Shown in pieces: positions 15,527-24,626 of a stretch of DNA of 38,424 bases. Positions within the stretch are counted from its first letter, which is position 1. Each line of letters begins with the position of its first letter. The position numbers and the translations under genes are program-made. The stretch covers positions 1 through 38,424 of the forward strand of contig JAYKHR010000102.1 of NCBI GenBank assembly GCA_035285125.1, read 5' to 3'. The DNA is from Candidatus Sericytochromatia bacterium (GTDB lineage Bacteria; Cyanobacteriota; Sericytochromatia; S15B-MN24; JAQBPE01). Under the pieces are notes generated by a model. That model saw only the letters and a list, made by a program, of their open reading frames with translations. It was not told the origin of the DNA and did no database searches.

Positions 15527-15843
15527 GGATGCATCCTCCAAAGTAGGGGTTCTGCCGTCTGCTTCTGGTCAGGCTTGCTGACTGGGCGGACCCGGCGCAA
15601 CACTCTTGCACACAACTCGTCAGGCTGTCAAGAAAGCCTCAAGTGACCAAAGCACCTGGGTTGGCGCCATTCGGTCCGCCTACTGTCGCGGGCCGACGCG
15701 GACACCGTGGTGGAGACGAGGGCCACGGTCGACAGGTTCCCTCCACGTGATCGGACGCCTCACGTTGGCCCGGTCGGCGGGTATGTGATCCGCGGTTCGG
15801 GGCGAATCCCGGCACACGGATGGCCGGAGAAGGAGCAACGGAG

Positions 15844-16644
15844 TTGCAGAGGCTTTGGGTCTGGGCCCTCGTGGGTGCTATGGGGGCTGGCGCTTGGGGT
15901 GCGCGGGATGCTGGCGCGGTGCGGGCCCCCCTCGCCGAGCTCGGCCACGGCCCCTCTGCCCGGCTGCTGGCGTTGCGCCTGGAGGGGCAGGAAGGTCCCG
16001 TGGCGCAGGTCCGTGCCACGCACTTCTGGCGGCTCGCCGCCGAGGGGGGGGACGCGGATGCCCAGCGCCGCCTGTCGGGGCGGCTTCGCTTGGGCGCGGG
16101 GACGCCGCGGGACGAGGCCGCTGCCTTCGTGTGGCTGCAGCGCGCGGCTCGAGGGGGGGACGCCGAGGCGCAGGTGAATGTCGCGGCCGCCTACCAGCTG
16201 GGCGAGCTCGGCCCCCGCGACGTCGCCGCCGCGCGGCGGTGGTACGAGCGGGCGGCCGTGTCCGGCCACATCGGGGCGATGCTGGCCCTGGCCTACCTCC
16301 ACCAAGGTGGGGATGGCCACCCTCGCAGCCCCGAGCGGGCCCTGCGCTGGTACCGGCAGGCGGCTGAGGCCGGCTCCCCGGCAGCCCAGTTCCACATGGG
16401 GTTGCTGCGGGAGGGCGCTGCCGGGGAAGCGCCCAAGCCCGTGGAGGCCTACGCCTGGTACCTGCTGGCCGCCGAGCAGCGACACAGCCTCGCCGTCACC
16501 GGCGCGGCGGCCCTTCGGGCCAGGCTGCGGGCTGAGGAGGCGCGGCAGGCTCAGGCCTGGGTGCGCGCCTGGAAGCACCGCCACGGTCAGCCTGCCAGCG
16601 GGCCGTCACTGCCCGTCGACCCGCCGCTCGCGCCGCTGGCCTGA
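15844..16644 (+). CDS. Sel1-like repeat (TPR-like) protein with an N-terminal signal/TM segment
   Basis: Repeated W..AA..GD..AQ..L...G.G units (AARGGDAEAQ, AAVSGHIGAM, AAEAGSPAAQF, EAYAWY). AAGGAG RBS precedes TTG 15844; ATG 15820 is an alternative start. Confidence 0.85.
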   Translation: MQRLWVWALVGAMGAGAWGARDAGAVRAPLAELGHGPSARLLALRLEGQEGPVAQVRATHFWRLAAEGGDADAQRRLSGRLRLGAGTPRDEAAAFVWLQRAARGGDAEAQVNVAAAYQLGELGPRDVAAARRWYERAAVSGHIGAMLALAYLHQGGDGHPRSPERALRWYRQAAEAGSPAAQFHMGLLREGAAGEAPKPVEAYAWYLLAAEQRHSLAVTGAAALRARLRAEEARQAQAWVRAWKHRHGQPASGPSLPVDPPLAPLA

Positions 16645-16650
16645 CCGCGC

Positions 16651-17886
16651 TCAGCGCCGACGCAGGCTCTGACGGGCGGCGCCCCCGACCCACACGGGGC
16701 TCGACCACGCCCAGGCCTTGGCGTCGTCGTAGACGACCTTGGCAAAGACGTATCCGCCGGGCTGGATCTGCGGCAGCTTCACCTTCCAGGCCGCGGCCCG
16801 CGCCCCGACGGGCTGTTTGGCAACCACCTTGGCAGGCTGGCCGCCCACGCCGTCCAGGTCGGCGAAGAGCTCCAGGCGGCTGAAGGTCGAGTCCGGGTCG
16901 CCGGCCTCGATGGAGGCCTCCAGCGGCTTGCCGCCGGTCACGACGCCACCCATGTCGACGCCGTCCACCGCGAGCCATAGTCGGACATTGGCATCGAAGG
17001 CCGCGTAGGTGCGGCGCGCCTGGACGGCCTCGATCACCCCCGCGCGGGTCAGGGCCTTGGCCCAGATCCCCGTGCGCGTGGGCACCGCCAGCCCCCAGTT
17101 CTTCACGTGGTTGTCCTGGTCGCCGAGGGGGCCGATGTGCCATCCGCGGTTGAGGAACTCCAGGTACTCGATCTCGTAGTTGAGGCGGTTGGCGCCGCGA
17201 TCCCAGTCGTCGGGTTCGCCGTGCATGTCCGGCTTTTCGTACTTGCCGGGGCCGTTGAGCAGCGCCATCCCGGCGAACTTGTCGAGCGCGGCCACCGAGG
17301 ACTGCGACCGCACCACGGGCGAGACGTTGTCACCGCCGAACTCCATCGGGTTGCTCGGGTGGGGGTGGTTGAACTGGATCCAGCCCACCTCAGGGTGGTT
17401 GGGCAGCCAGCGCTGGTAGAAGTCTTCCCAGGCGCCATTGGGCAGGGGGCAGCGCTCGTTGGCCTCGATGATGTTGATGTGGCCCCCCTTCGAGATCGAG
17501 CTCCACTCCTGCGCGAGCAGGGCCACGAACTTGCCGTTCTCGGTGAAGGCATTGCTGGCGGCCTTCATCACCCTGTAGCCCTGGTCCGACACCATGTGCG
17601 AGTGCGAGGACACGGCCAGGAAGTCTAGCTTGGCGCGCTGGCGGGCGAACTCGTAGGCCTCGGCGAGGGTGCCTTGCCCATCGTCGCCGTTCTCGGCGAC
17701 GTGCGTATGGGTGATCCCGACATAGGGCTTGTAGCGGCTCGGGCCGACGTCGGCGGCGGCGAGGCCCTGGGTCTTCAGCTGGCTGGTGCCGGCCACGGGC
17801 GCGCCGGCCAGCCTGCCGGACGTGGCGCAGCCCGCGACGGTGGCGACCAGGGCCAGGGTGCAGGCGAGGGAGCGGGGTGCGAGCAT
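16651..17886 (-). CDS. PHP-domain metallohydrolase lipoprotein (CehA/McbA-like)
   Basis: Lipobox VAGC. Metal-binding motifs: HTH...DG, DFLAVSSH, QEW, GHIN, FNHP and DQDNH. Confidence 0.8.
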   Translation of the reverse strand: MLAPRSLACTLALVATVAGCATSGRLAGAPVAGTSQLKTQGLAAADVGPSRYKPYVGITHTHVAENGDDGQGTLAEAYEFARQRAKLDFLAVSSHSHMVSDQGYRVMKAASNAFTENGKFVALLAQEWSSISKGGHINIIEANERCPLPNGAWEDFYQRWLPNHPEVGWIQFNHPHPSNPMEFGGDNVSPVVRSQSSVAALDKFAGMALLNGPGKYEKPDMHGEPDDWDRGANRLNYEIEYLEFLNRGWHIGPLGDQDNHVKNWGLAVPTRTGIWAKALTRAGVIEAVQARRTYAAFDANVRLWLAVDGVDMGGVVTGGKPLEASIEAGDPDSTFSRLELFADLDGVGGQPAKVVAKQPVGARAAAWKVKLPQIQPGGYVFAKVVYDDAKAWAWSSPVWVGGAARQSLRRR

Positions 17887-18014
17887 CGTCGAGGCCTCCA
17901 GGGGGTGGTGTCGTTATGAGGCTGTCAAAGAGAAAAATGACGTTAAGAATTGAAAAAGATCGCGTGAAAGATCGCGCCCCAGACCGGGGCAGGCGGGGCA
18001 GCCGACCGGCGCGA

Positions 18015-18020
18015 TATAAT
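18015..18020 (+). promoter_or_regulatory. sigma70-type -10 element (TATAAT) for the LCP gene
   Basis: Exact TATAAT about 30 nt upstream of ATG 18049. Confidence 0.5.
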
Positions 18021-18048
18021 GGGGACCGATCGAGCGAGGCGTGACGGC

Positions 18049-19335
18049 ATGGGGCCAAGAAACAGGCGACGGCAACGCGGACCCGCCCCGGGCGCTGCGG
18101 CCATCGCCTTGGCGGGTGCTGCCGGGCTCGGCATGGTGGTCGGCGCGACCATGAACCACCTGCTGGGGGCCCACGCCCAGCAGGTGCCTCGCCCCCCGCT
18201 GCAGGCCGCGGCGATGGCCACGCCGACGCCTCAGCCGCCGCAGGAGTCAGAGGCGATGGCCGGGCCCCTGCACGTGCTGCTCCTCGCCTCCGACGTGACG
18301 TGGGAGCGCCGCGGCGGCCAGCGCGCTCTCGGGCTGCGGGGCAACACCGACACCATGATCCTGGCCCGCCTGGACCCCGCGCGGCGCGACGTACGCCTGA
18401 TCTCCGTGCCCCGCGACACCCGCGTGCCCATCCCGGGCCACGGCACCTTCAAGATCAACGCGGCGAACCCCTATGGGGGCCCCGTGCTGGCGGCCCAGGT
18501 TGTGGCGGATCTGCTCGGTGTCCAGATCGACCGCTACATGCTCGTCAACACGCGTGCCGTCATCCAGCTGGTGGACGCGCTGGGCGGCATCGACCTCGAC
18601 CTCCCGCGCGACTACCGCTATGACGACTTCACGGGCAAGCTCCACATTCGCCTGAAGAAGGGCGCCAACCACCTGGACGGCCAGCGCTCCCACGACTTCC
18701 TGCGCTTCCGGCACGACGGCCAGGGCGACATCGGACGGATCCAGCGGCAGCACATGTTCCTGCAGGCCGCCTGGGAGCAGTGGCTCACGCCCCGCAACAT
18801 GCTCGCGCTCCCCGAGCTCGTCTCGCTGGCGCGGGAGAACCTCGAGACGGACCTCTCCGTGGGCGAGATGATGAAGCTGGCGGGGTGGGCCCGCGACCTC
18901 GATGGGCGGGCCGTTCGGATGGTGATGGTGCCGGGCAGGGAGGCCGTGGTGAAGGGGGGGTGGTACTGGGAGCCCGATGTGGCGGCCACCGCGCGGCTGG
19001 TGCAGGCCTTCCTCGTCGACGGCGTCGAGGCTCCGCTCGCCTCGCCCGCCCGGGTGCGGGTCGCACTGCGAGATGGCATCGGCGATCGCGCTGCCGTGGC
19101 GCGGGTCCGCACCGCTCTGCAGGAGGCTGGCTACACCGACGTCAGCTACCTCGGCGAGGAGCCGCTGCTCGGGCAGGTCGCCACGCGGGTGATCGCGCAA
19201 AATGGCGACGCGGGTTCGGCCGAGGGCGTGGCCCGCGTGCTGGCCACCCGGGACGTGCGGGTCGCCGCGACCGGGGTGCGGGGCTTCGACCTGACGGTCG
19301 TGGTGGGGCGGGACTGGCGCCAACGCGTCCACTGA
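18049..19335 (+). CDS. LytR-CpsA-Psr (LCP) family protein with a C-terminal LytR_C-like domain
   Basis: N-terminal TM, NTDTMIL, SVPRDT, KINAA, LRFRHD..GDIGRIQRQ, and a C-terminal DLTVVVGRD. Confidence 0.9.
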   Translation: MGPRNRRRQRGPAPGAAAIALAGAAGLGMVVGATMNHLLGAHAQQVPRPPLQAAAMATPTPQPPQESEAMAGPLHVLLLASDVTWERRGGQRALGLRGNTDTMILARLDPARRDVRLISVPRDTRVPIPGHGTFKINAANPYGGPVLAAQVVADLLGVQIDRYMLVNTRAVIQLVDALGGIDLDLPRDYRYDDFTGKLHIRLKKGANHLDGQRSHDFLRFRHDGQGDIGRIQRQHMFLQAAWEQWLTPRNMLALPELVSLARENLETDLSVGEMMKLAGWARDLDGRAVRMVMVPGREAVVKGGWYWEPDVAATARLVQAFLVDGVEAPLASPARVRVALRDGIGDRAAVARVRTALQEAGYTDVSYLGEEPLLGQVATRVIAQNGDAGSAEGVARVLATRDVRVAATGVRGFDLTVVVGRDWRQRVH

Positions 19336-19372
19336 TGGCCCCCCGGGGAGGCGCTGCCGGAGGTGGTGTGCC

Positions 19373-20764
19373 TCAGAGCCCGGCTGCGTGGACGAGCGCC
19401 CGGTACACCACCTCGGTGCCGCGCTGGAGCTGCTCCACCGTGAGGTGCTCGTCGTCCCCGTGGATGGTGTCGATCTGGGCCTGGCTGGCCAGGATGGGCA
19501 GGCACCCTAGCGCCTTGATGCCGAGGGGCCGCAGGAACGCAGAGTCCGTGCCGCCGCCCGGCGTGAGGATCGGCAGCACGGGGGTGTCCGGGTAGACCGC
19601 TGCCACCCCGGCCGTCAGCCCGTCCCACAACGGCCCCGCGGCGGGGCTCGACGAGCTCTCCTTCTGGTGCAAGACCACCCACGTCAGCGGTGGGTCGCCC
19701 GGCACAGCCGTGGCGGCCTGCAGCCAGGCCAGCGCCTCGGCCGCAGGGTGGCCCGGCAGCAGGCGCATGTCGAGCTCCGCGCTGGCGGCCCCGGGCATCA
19801 CGTTGGTCTTCTCGCCAGCGCGCAGCACCGTGGGGTTCAGCGTGTCCCCGAGCAGCGGTCCCAGCGCTGGCTCTGCGGCGATCAGGCGCGGCCCGAGCAG
19901 GGGCAGGAAGCCGGGCCATGTCACGGCCCGCAGGGCCAGCGCCGGGAGGCCCTCCTCGGCGTCGGCGAAGGCCGCAAGCATCGCCCGCGTCTCGGGCGTG
20001 AAGGCCAGCGGCCTGCGGCTGGCCTCCAGCCGGGCCATCGCCCGCAGCAGCCGCCGTGGGGCCGAGTCGGGGCGCTCGCGCGAGCCGTGCCCCGTGTCGC
20101 CGTGCGCCGTTGCACGCACCCACAGCGCGCCCCGCTCTGCCGTCTGCACGCCCATCAGCGAGCGGCCCCGCTTGAGCATGAGGCCTGCGCCACCCTCGTT
20201 CAGCACCTCGCTCACGTCGAACCGCCGGGGCTCGTGGGCGAGCAGCCAGCGGACGCCCACGTCGCCGCCCGCCTCCTCGTCCGGTGTGGCTGCCAGCACC
20301 ACGTCCCGCCTGAGGGGACGGCGCTCGCGGTGCAGCCGGAGAAAGGCCACGGCCATCATGACCCCGAGTCCCTTCATATCAAGCGCGCCGCGCCCCCAGA
20401 TCGCGCCGTCCCGAAGCTCGCCCCCGAACGGCTCGTGCCGCCAGCGGCTGCGCTCCACGGGCACGACGTCGATGTGGTGCAGCAGCATCAGGGGCCGCTC
20501 GGCGCCGGTACCCCGCAGCGTCGCGAACACGGCGGCCCGGCCCGGCGCGCACCGGACGAGCTCCGGCGCAAGCCCCTCTGCCTTCAGCCAGCTGGCGATC
20601 AGACGGGCGCCTGCCTCCTCGGCGCCCGGCGGGTTCACCGTCGGCACGCGCAAGTAGGCGCGGAGCTTCAAGACGGCCTCGTCCTCGGCGGGAGCCGCCG
20701 AGCCAGCCGCCACGGGCCCTGCGAGCAGGATCGCCAGGGTGGTGGCAAGCGTGACCGCCCTCAT
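19373..20764 (-). CDS. Exported M20/M25/M40 family metallopeptidase
   Basis: HHIDVVP, GRGALDMKG, DEEAGG, NEGG, GHGS, GGTDS and IHGDDE motifs. Signal peptide. Confidence 0.92.
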   Translation of the reverse strand: MRAVTLATTLAILLAGPVAAGSAAPAEDEAVLKLRAYLRVPTVNPPGAEEAGARLIASWLKAEGLAPELVRCAPGRAAVFATLRGTGAERPLMLLHHIDVVPVERSRWRHEPFGGELRDGAIWGRGALDMKGLGVMMAVAFLRLHRERRPLRRDVVLAATPDEEAGGDVGVRWLLAHEPRRFDVSEVLNEGGAGLMLKRGRSLMGVQTAERGALWVRATAHGDTGHGSRERPDSAPRRLLRAMARLEASRRPLAFTPETRAMLAAFADAEEGLPALALRAVTWPGFLPLLGPRLIAAEPALGPLLGDTLNPTVLRAGEKTNVMPGAASAELDMRLLPGHPAAEALAWLQAATAVPGDPPLTWVVLHQKESSSSPAAGPLWDGLTAGVAAVYPDTPVLPILTPGGGTDSAFLRPLGIKALGCLPILASQAQIDTIHGDDEHLTVEQLQRGTEVVYRALVHAAGL

Positions 20765-21735
20765 CGCTGGGCCTCCAGCCGGTGGTCGTCGAAGAAGCGC
20801 AGCGGCAGGATTGCCGCCTCGGGCGCGTCGCGACGCATCGTCCGCAGGGCCTCGTCATGGAAGGCGAGGGGGTTTTCGATCACCCCGTCCGAGAAGGGGC
20901 GAAAGAAGTCGTCGTGGTGGAACGGGGCCAGCACCCGCGCCCGGAGTGACCGCACGAGGCGCCCGAAGACGTCTGGGCAGCTGCGCCAGCCGCTGACGCA
21001 CGCGAACACCAGGTCTGCCCGGATCGGGCCGACCGAGCCCTCGTCGGTGTTTGCGCTGCCGCAGTGGTACACGGTGCGGCCGCGCCAGCGGATGGCGAAA
21101 CTGTAGACCTCGTCGTTCTTGTAGCTCAGGAACCCCAGGGGCAGGCGCGGCTCGCCGACGAGGTTCCCCCCCGTCAGCCACTGGGTGGGCATCGGTGAGT
21201 GCTGGCTCGGCACGGCCTCGACCTCCATGTCCGCGACGGTGAACCGCACGTGCGGCGTCAGCGCGCACCGCTGGGCGGCTGGCAGCCCCTCCTGGGCTGC
21301 CAGCCGCAGCGCCGCCGGCGAGGCCCAGAGCCGCGCGCCGGCCCGGCGGGCGACGGTGGGCGCGTCCGCGAAGTGGTCGTAATGGGCGTGGCCCACTAGC
21401 ACGGCGTCGACGGGCGCCATGTGGCGGGCGATCGCGGCCTCGTCCGGGCGCAGCGGCCCCCCGAGCAGCGTGAGGAGGGGTTGCCTGGAGAAAAACGGGT
21501 CGATGACCAGGGCACCCCGGGCGCTGCGCACCTCGAGCCCGGCCGTGCCCAGCCAGCTGACGCGCAACTCGTGCGGGCCCACCGGGGCTTGAGCCTGACC
21601 CGGTTTCAGCCAGCTTGGCAGGGGTGGGGCCTTGTCGGGCGCGGCGTGGGGCACCAGTCTTGGCGCGCAGCCGAGCACCAGCGCCGCCCCGGTCAGCGTC
21701 GCGAGCCCGCGGCGCTTAAAGGCTGAGCGAGACAT
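20761..21735 (-). CDS. Metallo-beta-lactamase-fold hydrolase, probable (Tat-)lipoprotein
   Basis: WLGTAG, IDPF, GHAHYDH (HxHxDH) and PFHHDDF motifs. N-terminus has KRRG plus lipobox VLGC. ATGA overlap with the M20 gene. Confidence 0.85.
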   Translation of the reverse strand: MSRSAFKRRGLATLTGAALVLGCAPRLVPHAAPDKAPPLPSWLKPGQAQAPVGPHELRVSWLGTAGLEVRSARGALVIDPFFSRQPLLTLLGGPLRPDEAAIARHMAPVDAVLVGHAHYDHFADAPTVARRAGARLWASPAALRLAAQEGLPAAQRCALTPHVRFTVADMEVEAVPSQHSPMPTQWLTGGNLVGEPRLPLGFLSYKNDEVYSFAIRWRGRTVYHCGSANTDEGSVGPIRADLVFACVSGWRSCPDVFGRLVRSLRARVLAPFHHDDFFRPFSDGVIENPLAFHDEALRTMRRDAPEAAILPLRFFDDHRLEAQR

Positions 21736-22465
21736 TCGTTCGGGCGCGCATGTTGCGCATCTCGACGGTGAAGACGGCCTCCCGGGCATCGTACTGGCGA
21801 ATCGCCACGGGCAACCCCGTCCGGGTGTCCAGGTCTGCCGTCATCCTTACGCAGCCCTCCAGCAGAGGCCCCCCCGAGAGCTCCAGCCGCACGCGCGTTC
21901 CCTCCGTGCCGACGATGCGGGCGCGATGGGCAGGGTTCGCGAGCTGGGCCATCATCGCCGTCATATCGGTCTCGCGGATGGTGTACCCACGCAGGCTTCG
22001 CAGGCGCTCATCCCCGATGGGGAGGTCGATGGCGATCGCCCCGAGCAACCCACCCGCGCGGACCTTCGCCGTGCTGCCTCCGGTGTACAGCACCCGCGTG
22101 CCCTGGCCCTTGCCTTCCTTGATGTGGATGAGCGTTGTTCGGGGGGCCTTGCCCGTGATGGCATAGAGGCCACGCGCCACCTGATCCCCTTGCTTCTGCG
22201 ACCAGGGCATCTCGAGGCTGAAGGCGGGCAAGGCCCTGACGGCGGCCACCGCCCGGTCGATCAGCGCGCGGCCCCGCGGGTCGTCCGCGGGGCCTGTCCC
22301 CACGCCTGGAGGCCCCGGCACGACGGGTGATCCCGCCGCGGGGGTGGGCGCCAGGCCGCTGGCTGGTTGGGGCCGCCCGGGCCCCGGGGCCGCGCCGCAG
22401 CCGGCTGCCAGCAGGACGGCCAGGCAGGCGCTTAGAAAAGTGGGATGCGGGTCACGGCGGGCCAT
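21716..22465 (-). CDS. Lipoprotein with a probable LolA-like/DUF1571-like beta fold
   Basis: Lipobox AAGC, a Pro-rich linker, and a beta-rich domain ending D..TGLP. The fold is inferred from pattern only. Confidence 0.55.
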   Translation of the reverse strand: MARRDPHPTFLSACLAVLLAAGCGAAPGPGRPQPASGLAPTPAAGSPVVPGPPGVGTGPADDPRGRALIDRAVAAVRALPAFSLEMPWSQKQGDQVARGLYAITGKAPRTTLIHIKEGKGQGTRVLYTGGSTAKVRAGGLLGAIAIDLPIGDERLRSLRGYTIRETDMTAMMAQLANPAHRARIVGTEGTRVRLELSGGPLLEGCVRMTADLDTRTGLPVAIRQYDAREAVFTVEMRNMRARTNVSLSL

Positions 22466-22480
22466 CGTCCGATCTCCATG

Positions 22481-22510
22481 GTTAAGCGATGATTAATATT
22501 GCATTAATCA
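22481..22510. promoter_or_regulatory. Three TTAA direct repeats at 11-bp spacing, also forming the inverted repeat TGATTAAT-N5-ATTAATCA
   Basis: TTAA at 22482, 22493 and 22504. Perfect 8-bp inverted arms at 22490-97 and 22503-10. Confidence 0.6.
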
Positions 22511-22758
22511 AAATATTACCCTTTGTGGCGATCGGAGGCAAGCCCCGGACGATCGGCCCCCGGGCCGGCAGGGTCGGAGCGCTCCGCAGGCCCGTGCCCG
22601 TGCGGGCCTGCGGGCGTGGCCCCCGGTCTCGTGGCAATTGGATAAGCCAGGCTTTGACAATTCTTAACCTGAAATTTGTGCGGGTCGGGCCCTGTGGCCG
22701 CGATAGAGTTAACAGCTTTTGCATTGGCCCCAGCGGGCCGCACGAGAGGAATGCCTCC

Positions 22759-23682
22759 ATGCCTGTCATCCGCGGCAACGACGTCCTGACCATCAACGGC
22801 GTCCAGATTGCCAAGCAGGGCGCGGCGCACCTCAGGCCTGGCGTCACCTCCGACCAGGCGGCGCTTGCCACGAAGAACAACGGCATGGACGAGCTGATCC
22901 TCGGCTTCGAGGGGGAAGACGGCAAGGCCGAGCGCATCATCGTGTACGGCCGGGACCTCGATCTGTCCTTCCGGGCGCTGTCGGGCGAGCCGGAGATCTT
23001 CCTCAACGGCCAGCGCGGCATGCTCATTCACTTCGACGACGAGATGAATGCGACGTGGCAGCGCTTCGTGCGGGGCGTCAACAACGGCTTCAAGGACGCC
23101 ATGGACGTGGTCTCCTCGATGGCCCGCAAGAGCGTCGACGCCACGGGGTACGCCGGCGGTGCGGCCTTCCTCGGCGGTTCGATCTGGGTGGTGGCGACAA
23201 AGGGGGCCGCGCTGCCGGTGATCGGCCAGGCGGCGGGCTTCCTGGCGCCGAAGATCGCGATCGGCGTGGGCGCGACGGCCCTCATCGGCGTGGGCCTGAT
23301 TGTCGCCTCGGCGATGCTCAAGGCGATCGCGGGGGGCAAGCCGGACCCGCGAATGGAGACGATCGCAGCCGTCATCGACGACAACCCGGCCAAGGGCATC
23401 GCCGGCAAGCCCGTCCACCCCGCACCGCCGTCGGAGCCGACGGAGCCGGTCAACAGCCCCTTGCCCTCCGTGCCTCTGCCCAACGTCCCGCTGACGCCGC
23501 CCCTGAGTCCCGTCTGGGGCTCGGCCGCAGAGGCCCAGGATGCCTCGCAGGGCCCGCGGCAGCAGGCCGTGCCGACGGCTCCCCAGGACGACATGCCTGC
23601 GCGAGCCCGCCAGCTGCTCTCGGATCCTCGCGTGCGCGAGGCCGTCCGCCATCTCCCCGTGCGGGTGACGCCGCGGAGCTGA
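22759..23682 (+). CDS. Hypothetical membrane protein (N-terminal globular domain, Gly/Ala-rich hydrophobic hairpin, Pro-rich tail)
   Basis: GAGAGGA RBS before ATG 22759, genome-typical codon usage, and hydrophobic segments. Confidence 0.7.
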   Translation: MPVIRGNDVLTINGVQIAKQGAAHLRPGVTSDQAALATKNNGMDELILGFEGEDGKAERIIVYGRDLDLSFRALSGEPEIFLNGQRGMLIHFDDEMNATWQRFVRGVNNGFKDAMDVVSSMARKSVDATGYAGGAAFLGGSIWVVATKGAALPVIGQAAGFLAPKIAIGVGATALIGVGLIVASAMLKAIAGGKPDPRMETIAAVIDDNPAKGIAGKPVHPAPPSEPTEPVNSPLPSVPLPNVPLTPPLSPVWGSAAEAQDASQGPRQQAVPTAPQDDMPARARQLLSDPRVREAVRHLPVRVTPRS

Positions 23683-23705
23683 GCCTGCCGCCCCCGGTCG
23701 TCGAC

Positions 23706-24626
23706 TCAGCTCAGGGCCGCGAGGGCCGCTGCAACGGCCGCGCCGAGCCGGGCGTTGTGGCGGATCAGGGCGATGTTCGCGCGCAGGCTCTCACCACCCG
23801 TGTGGCTGTTGAGGTGGGCGAGCACGAAGGGTGTGACGGCCTTGCCGCGGATGCCCTGGGCCTCGGCGTCGGCCAGCGCTCTGGCGATCGCAGCCTCGAT
23901 AGCCTCCCCCGCCAGCGCCTCGCTCGCGGGGATGGGGTTGGCCAGCACCAGGCCCCCCAGGCCCCAGGCGCGCTGGGTTGAGAGCACCCGGGCCGCCTCC
24001 TCGGGGGTGTCGACCCGCGCCGGCACGGGGTGCCCTGAGTCAGGCACGTAGAAAGCGGGGAAGCGGTCCGTCCCATACCCGAGCACGGGCACGCCGTGGG
24101 TCTCGAGGACCTCCAGCGTCAACCCGACGTCCAGGATGCTCTTCACGCCCGCGCACACGACGCCGACGGGCGTGCGCGCCAGCTCGGTGAGGTCGGCTGA
24201 GACGTCCATCGAGGCGGTCGCGCCCCGGTGGACACCCCCAAGCCCCCCTGTCACGAACACGGCGATGTCCGCCATGGCCGCGAGCACCATGGTGCCCGCC
24301 ACCGTCGTCGCCCCCGTGGCCCGCTGCGCGGCGAGGACTGCGAGGTCGCGCCGGCTGGCCTTGACCACCCCGGTGGCCTGGCCGAGTGCCTCGATCTCGG
24401 CGCGCGTGAGCCCCGCGCGAGGGACGCCGTCGAGGATGGCCATCGTGGCAGGCACGGCGCCCCCGGCCCGGATGATGGCCTCGACCTCGAGGGCCGTCTC
24501 CACGTTCGCCGGCCAGGGCATGCCGTGCGTCAGGATGGTGGTCTCCAGCGCGACCAGGGGCCGGCCGGCCCGGCGGGCCTCGGCCACTTCCTCCGAGCAG
24601 GTGATGGCTGGCGTGCGGGTGATCAT
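23706..24626 (-). CDS. psuG: Pseudouridine-5'-phosphate glycosidase
   Basis: VALETTILTHGMPWP.N, KASRRD, ATTVAGTM, GGVHRGA, DVSADL, GVKSILD and GKAVTPF motifs. ATGA overlap with the upstream subtilase. Confidence 0.93.
   Translation of the reverse strand: MITRTPAITCSEEVAEARRAGRPLVALETTILTHGMPWPANVETALEVEAIIRAGGAVPATMAILDGVPRAGLTRAEIEALGQATGVVKASRRDLAVLAAQRATGATTVAGTMVLAAMADIAVFVTGGLGGVHRGATASMDVSADLTELARTPVGVVCAGVKSILDVGLTLEVLETHGVPVLGYGTDRFPAFYVPDSGHPVPARVDTPEEAARVLSTQRAWGLGGLVLANPIPASEALAGEAIEAAIARALADAEAQGIRGKAVTPFVLAHLNSHTGGESLRANIALIRHNARLGAAVAAALAALS

Noticed and set aside
15527..15843. Possible sRNA or riboswitch in the divergent intergenic region
   Set aside because: The composition suggests promoters only. 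I could not identify a supported structure or motif.
18019..18048. LCP start at ATG 18019
   Set aside because: That ATG overlaps the TATAAT -10 element. ATG 18049, which has an upstream GAGG, is more plausible.
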